NCBI RefSeq assembly: GCF_044704955.1
Contig: NC_091998.1
Span: 24,242,001-24,306,000, forward strand
Length of the DNA stretch: 64,000 bases
Reading direction: 5' to 3'
Origin: Pristiophorus japonicus
Lineage: Eukaryota
The notes under the pieces were generated by a model. The model was not told the origin of the DNA and did not search any database. It saw only the letters and a list, made by a program, of their open reading frames with translations. Below, one piece after another: positions 60,601-64,000 of this stretch (position 1 is the first letter of the stretch; every line of letters begins with the position of its first letter). The translations under genes were made by a program, and so were the position numbers.

Positions 60601-62080
60601 GAAACATTGTGTCCTTAGTGGTGATTGGTCTGCCATACCCAAGCAAATGGGTGATGAGACCAAACCTTACAACCGTCGCAAAGACGAACTATCCATTCAA
60701 TCAGATTGTTTACTGTGGGGTAATCGTGTTGTTATGCCTAAGAAAGGCAGAGAGAAATTTGTACATGATCTACATAGCACTCATCCCGGTATTGTCATGA
60801 TGAAAGCCATTGCCAGGTCTCATGTATGGTGGCCTGGAATTGACTCTGATCTGGAATCATGTGTGCATCAGTAAAGCACCAGCGGAATCGCCACTGAGTC
60901 TGTGGTCGTGGCCATCTAAACCATGGTCCAGGATCCACATCGACTTTGCAGGTCCCTTCCTGGAAAATATGTTTTTAGTTGTGGTAGATGTATATTCCAA
61001 GTGGATAGAGTGTATAATCATGTCATCCAGTACATCCACAGCTACCATTGAGAGCCTTCGTGTCATGATTGCCACTCATGGTCTGCCCGACATCATTGTA
61101 AGCGACAACGGACCTTGCTTCACTAGTCTGGAGTTTCAAGAGTACATGAAACTCAATGGTATCGAACATGTGAGGTCAACATCATTAAAACCCGCATCTA
61201 ATGGTCAAGCAGAGTGTGCTGTCCAAACTATCAAGCAGAGTATGAAACGTGTAACTCAAGATTCATTGCAGACTCGCTTGTCATGCATATTGCTTCGTTA
61301 CAGGACAAGACCCCACACGCTTACCGGGGTACCCTCTGCTGAACTATTGATGAAAAGAGGTCTCAAGACCAAGCTCTCTCTTGCCCACCCTGACTTGAAC
61401 GATCATGTTGAATACAGACATCAAAGTCAGCAGTGGTATTGTGATCGCGCTGCTGTGTCACACGACTTTTCTGTTAACGATCCTGTATATGTACTAAATT
61501 ATGGTCAAGGTCCCAAGTGGATCGCCGGTACTGTTACAGCCAAGGTGGGTAACAGAGTGTTTATTGTCAAGCTCAAGAATGGGCAAACATGCAGGAAACA
61601 TCTTGATCAGATAAAGCTGCGGCACACGGATGAACCGGAACAGTCTGAGGAAGACACAATCTGTGACCAACCAACCCTACCCTCAGTCATCAGAGGACTC
61701 CGCTGTCATCATTGAATCTGGACTTTCAATCCCTGACACAGTCATTGCCACTCCCATCAGATTGGCTACCCAGCCCCCAGTCATAACTCCAAGGCTGGAG
61801 TTGAACTGAGATGATCAATTCGGGAGCGGAAAGCCCCGGACCGTCTCAGTTTGTAAAAAGACTGTTACTAATATCTTAAAGGGGGATATTGTCATGTATG
61901 TATGCTTGGTGTTACTAGCCACCAGGTGGCGCCACTGTCGGAGGTCATTGGGCTGTACGCATGTGTGTGCGGCCCAGGTATAAAAGGCAAGCCATCACTT
62001 TGCGCCCTAATAAAGCAGAGCCGGTTTGTACCTGTGTTAGTTTACAGTATTCAGTCTATCGAGTTATTACATACATAACA
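57631..62080 (+). mobile_element. Full-length defective Ty3/Gypsy LTR retrotransposon
   Basis: LTRs 57631-57830 and 61890-62080 (TGTCATGTAT...ATACATAACA); 5-bp TSD GTTAC; PBS-like TTTAGCGACGAG; PPT AAAGGGGGA. Confidence 0.96.
57870..61715 (+). pseudogene. Gypsy gag-pol with stops and frameshifts
   Basis: Domain order gag, protease (ELDTG), RT (WASPIV, RICGDYK, FQDDIL), RNase H (ACDASSYG, TDHKPL), integrase (HSTHPG, HIDFAGP, SDNGP, SNGQAE). Confidence 0.92.
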
Positions 62081-62761
62081 GTTACCTTTTCTGATCACTA
62101 ACTAGTAATTCCTGATAGAATGTGAGAGGGAGTGAATTTCTGCAAAGTTACAGCAGCAGAGCAAGGGAAGCTCCAAGGAAATTCACCCCCATATTGTCTG
62201 AATGTCCGGCATGGACAAGATCAGACTTGTGTGCAATGGTTCCTTATGGTCCATTATCATACTCATTGTCTATGGTTACACATGTTGAATGGACAATTGG
62301 ATGAAGTACCAGAATGCTGCTGCTGGCTGTAGAACTATACTTGAGCCTTCAGAAAAGGAAATAAGGAAACAGAAATGTTCTCTCAGATAATGCAGTCCAT
62401 GTAGAGAATGCAGGTTCACTACACCTTAAGACTGCACAGTTCATTGCTACTCAGTGCATTATGCTGATTCTAAAGTTTTTTAAGGATAGGAACATTTATT
62501 ATTTACCTGGTTTGACACTAAGGTTTACACAAGCATTGTTCATTGAGTCCTTGCATGAACATGCAAAATAGCAGTATATGTAAACAGGAGAAACCGATGG
62601 AGATTGTGAAATAACATCTAGTGATGGCTTGTTAATCAACACGTGCCAAGGGGAGAGTGTCAACCTTCAAACATGTCTGTTTGAATTAGTTGATGGTATC
62701 CACGAATAAGCTTTTATTTTGGAGAATTTTAGTACTAAAAATGAAGTGTTATGTTCATAAT

Positions 62762-63473
62762 GGACCAGAATTTTACAGTCAAAGTAATGGTGAGGCTAAC
62801 GGTGCTCACCTTCATTTATGCGCAAATCGCACAGCAACTTCAGGCAAAGTAGATGCATCGTTAAATGCAAAAATCTGGAAGTTGCTGTCCGAAATGTGCC
62901 GCTCTGCTGTTAGCTTCTCAAAAACGGCATCATCTGTCTGACTCTTCATTTAAATGCATGAAGTTCCTGTACTTGCATGGTAGATACGAACTAAACTCAC
63001 TACAGAAAGTTAGGGCTTGTCCATTTCAGTCTAAGTACTTGGCTGTAATGGTGTGATAAGTCTTAATTACTGCCAAACTCTCTGGCACTGAAAATTAATT
63101 TTTACAAGTGTGGAGTCTCATTCCTTCAACTTTAATTGTTGTTGTAAATTTAAAAGAAAATGTAATTAATTTTTTAAAACATTTTCTATCTATTTTTTCT
63201 CTCTTAATCCAATCTTTCTTTCCCTCTCTTAATTTTGCTTTCTGTACCTGATTTGACATTGAATTCACTATTCTAACATACACTTCAGTCTCTGCACTGG
63301 TTATTAGCAATTCTTCAATCTGATTGGTCAAGGAGATATACAGTTGTTTGCCCTGTTTAACTGGTCCCAGATGCCGTTCTGTTTTGATCTCCCACTTACA
63401 GCAATTTGCCATGCAAAAGCTCATGGAAATTAAATGGGAACCATTTGATTGCGGCAATAGTAAATTCTGGTCC
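62762..63473. mobile_element. Harbinger-type MITE
   Basis: TIR GGACCAGAATTT / AAATTCTGGTCC with 3-bp TSD AAT; no coding capacity. Confidence 0.8.
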
Positions 63474-64000
63474 AATATTTCATTCAGTTTTGGTGTGTAC
63501 AGTTGATATTTGAGAAAATAATTATTTGCTCATCTGTCCATTGCTGATAATGAACACAGGTTTTATGACTCGTCCATCCTGTATCAAAACTGCCGTGTAG
63601 ATACTTTAAAATAGACAAATATTGTTGCCTTAACCAGTAACTAAATGCTGATGCTGTACAATTCAAAATTTGAAAATGAGAGTAATAGTGGGAATTGTAT
63701 ATTAAAATGGTTCAGCAGATGGGACAAACATTTGGCAAATACCAGAATTCTAAATGTTAATGTAAATTTGGTTATGATTAAGAAGCAGAACTTATTTCAA
63801 AAACAGACAGATTGTAGCATAAGCATAGAAATGTAACAAATACTCATCTAGCATAAATAAGATTATGAAAATAATACACAGTAGTGTTTTTCTTAACAGC
63901 GGGAATTAGAAATAGGCCTGAATGACATTTCCCTGTTTTGCTAACATACAGATAATTTTTGATTATGAAAGTAATTTAGATCTCATGTGGCTAAAATGTA

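Noticed and set aside
51448-64000. ANTXR exon 2 (expected SGSV...W.EIY)
   Set aside because: Not found by eye; probably beyond the window.

Overview
Vertebrate genomic DNA, most likely a cartilaginous fish (shark), inferred from the repeat landscape and the four-module IRBP. Host genes: a complete 4-exon RBP3/IRBP (+, 21694-33105, about 1219 aa); a complete ZNF488 that keeps a PRDM8-type PR/SET domain (-, 43710-39318, about 543 aa); and exon 1 of an anthrax-toxin-receptor family gene (ANTXRL position, +, 51290-51447). The rest is dense with transposons: a fossil Harbinger transposase; a TIR- and TSD-bounded Harbinger element carrying only a spliced Myb/SANT gene; a full-length but defective Gypsy element; a solo LTR holding two tandem Tx1 3' ends; and many CR1, RTE, L2 and SINE fragments, MITEs and minisatellites. 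The most notable observations are the Myb-only Harbinger, the double Tx1 insertion with a covarying structured 3' UTR, an inverted repeat with about 580-bp arms just upstream of RBP3, the PR-domain ZNF488, and LTR-borne CTCF motifs. Repeat family names and repeat boundaries were assigned by eye and are approximate; exon, TIR and TSD coordinates were counted from the sequence.
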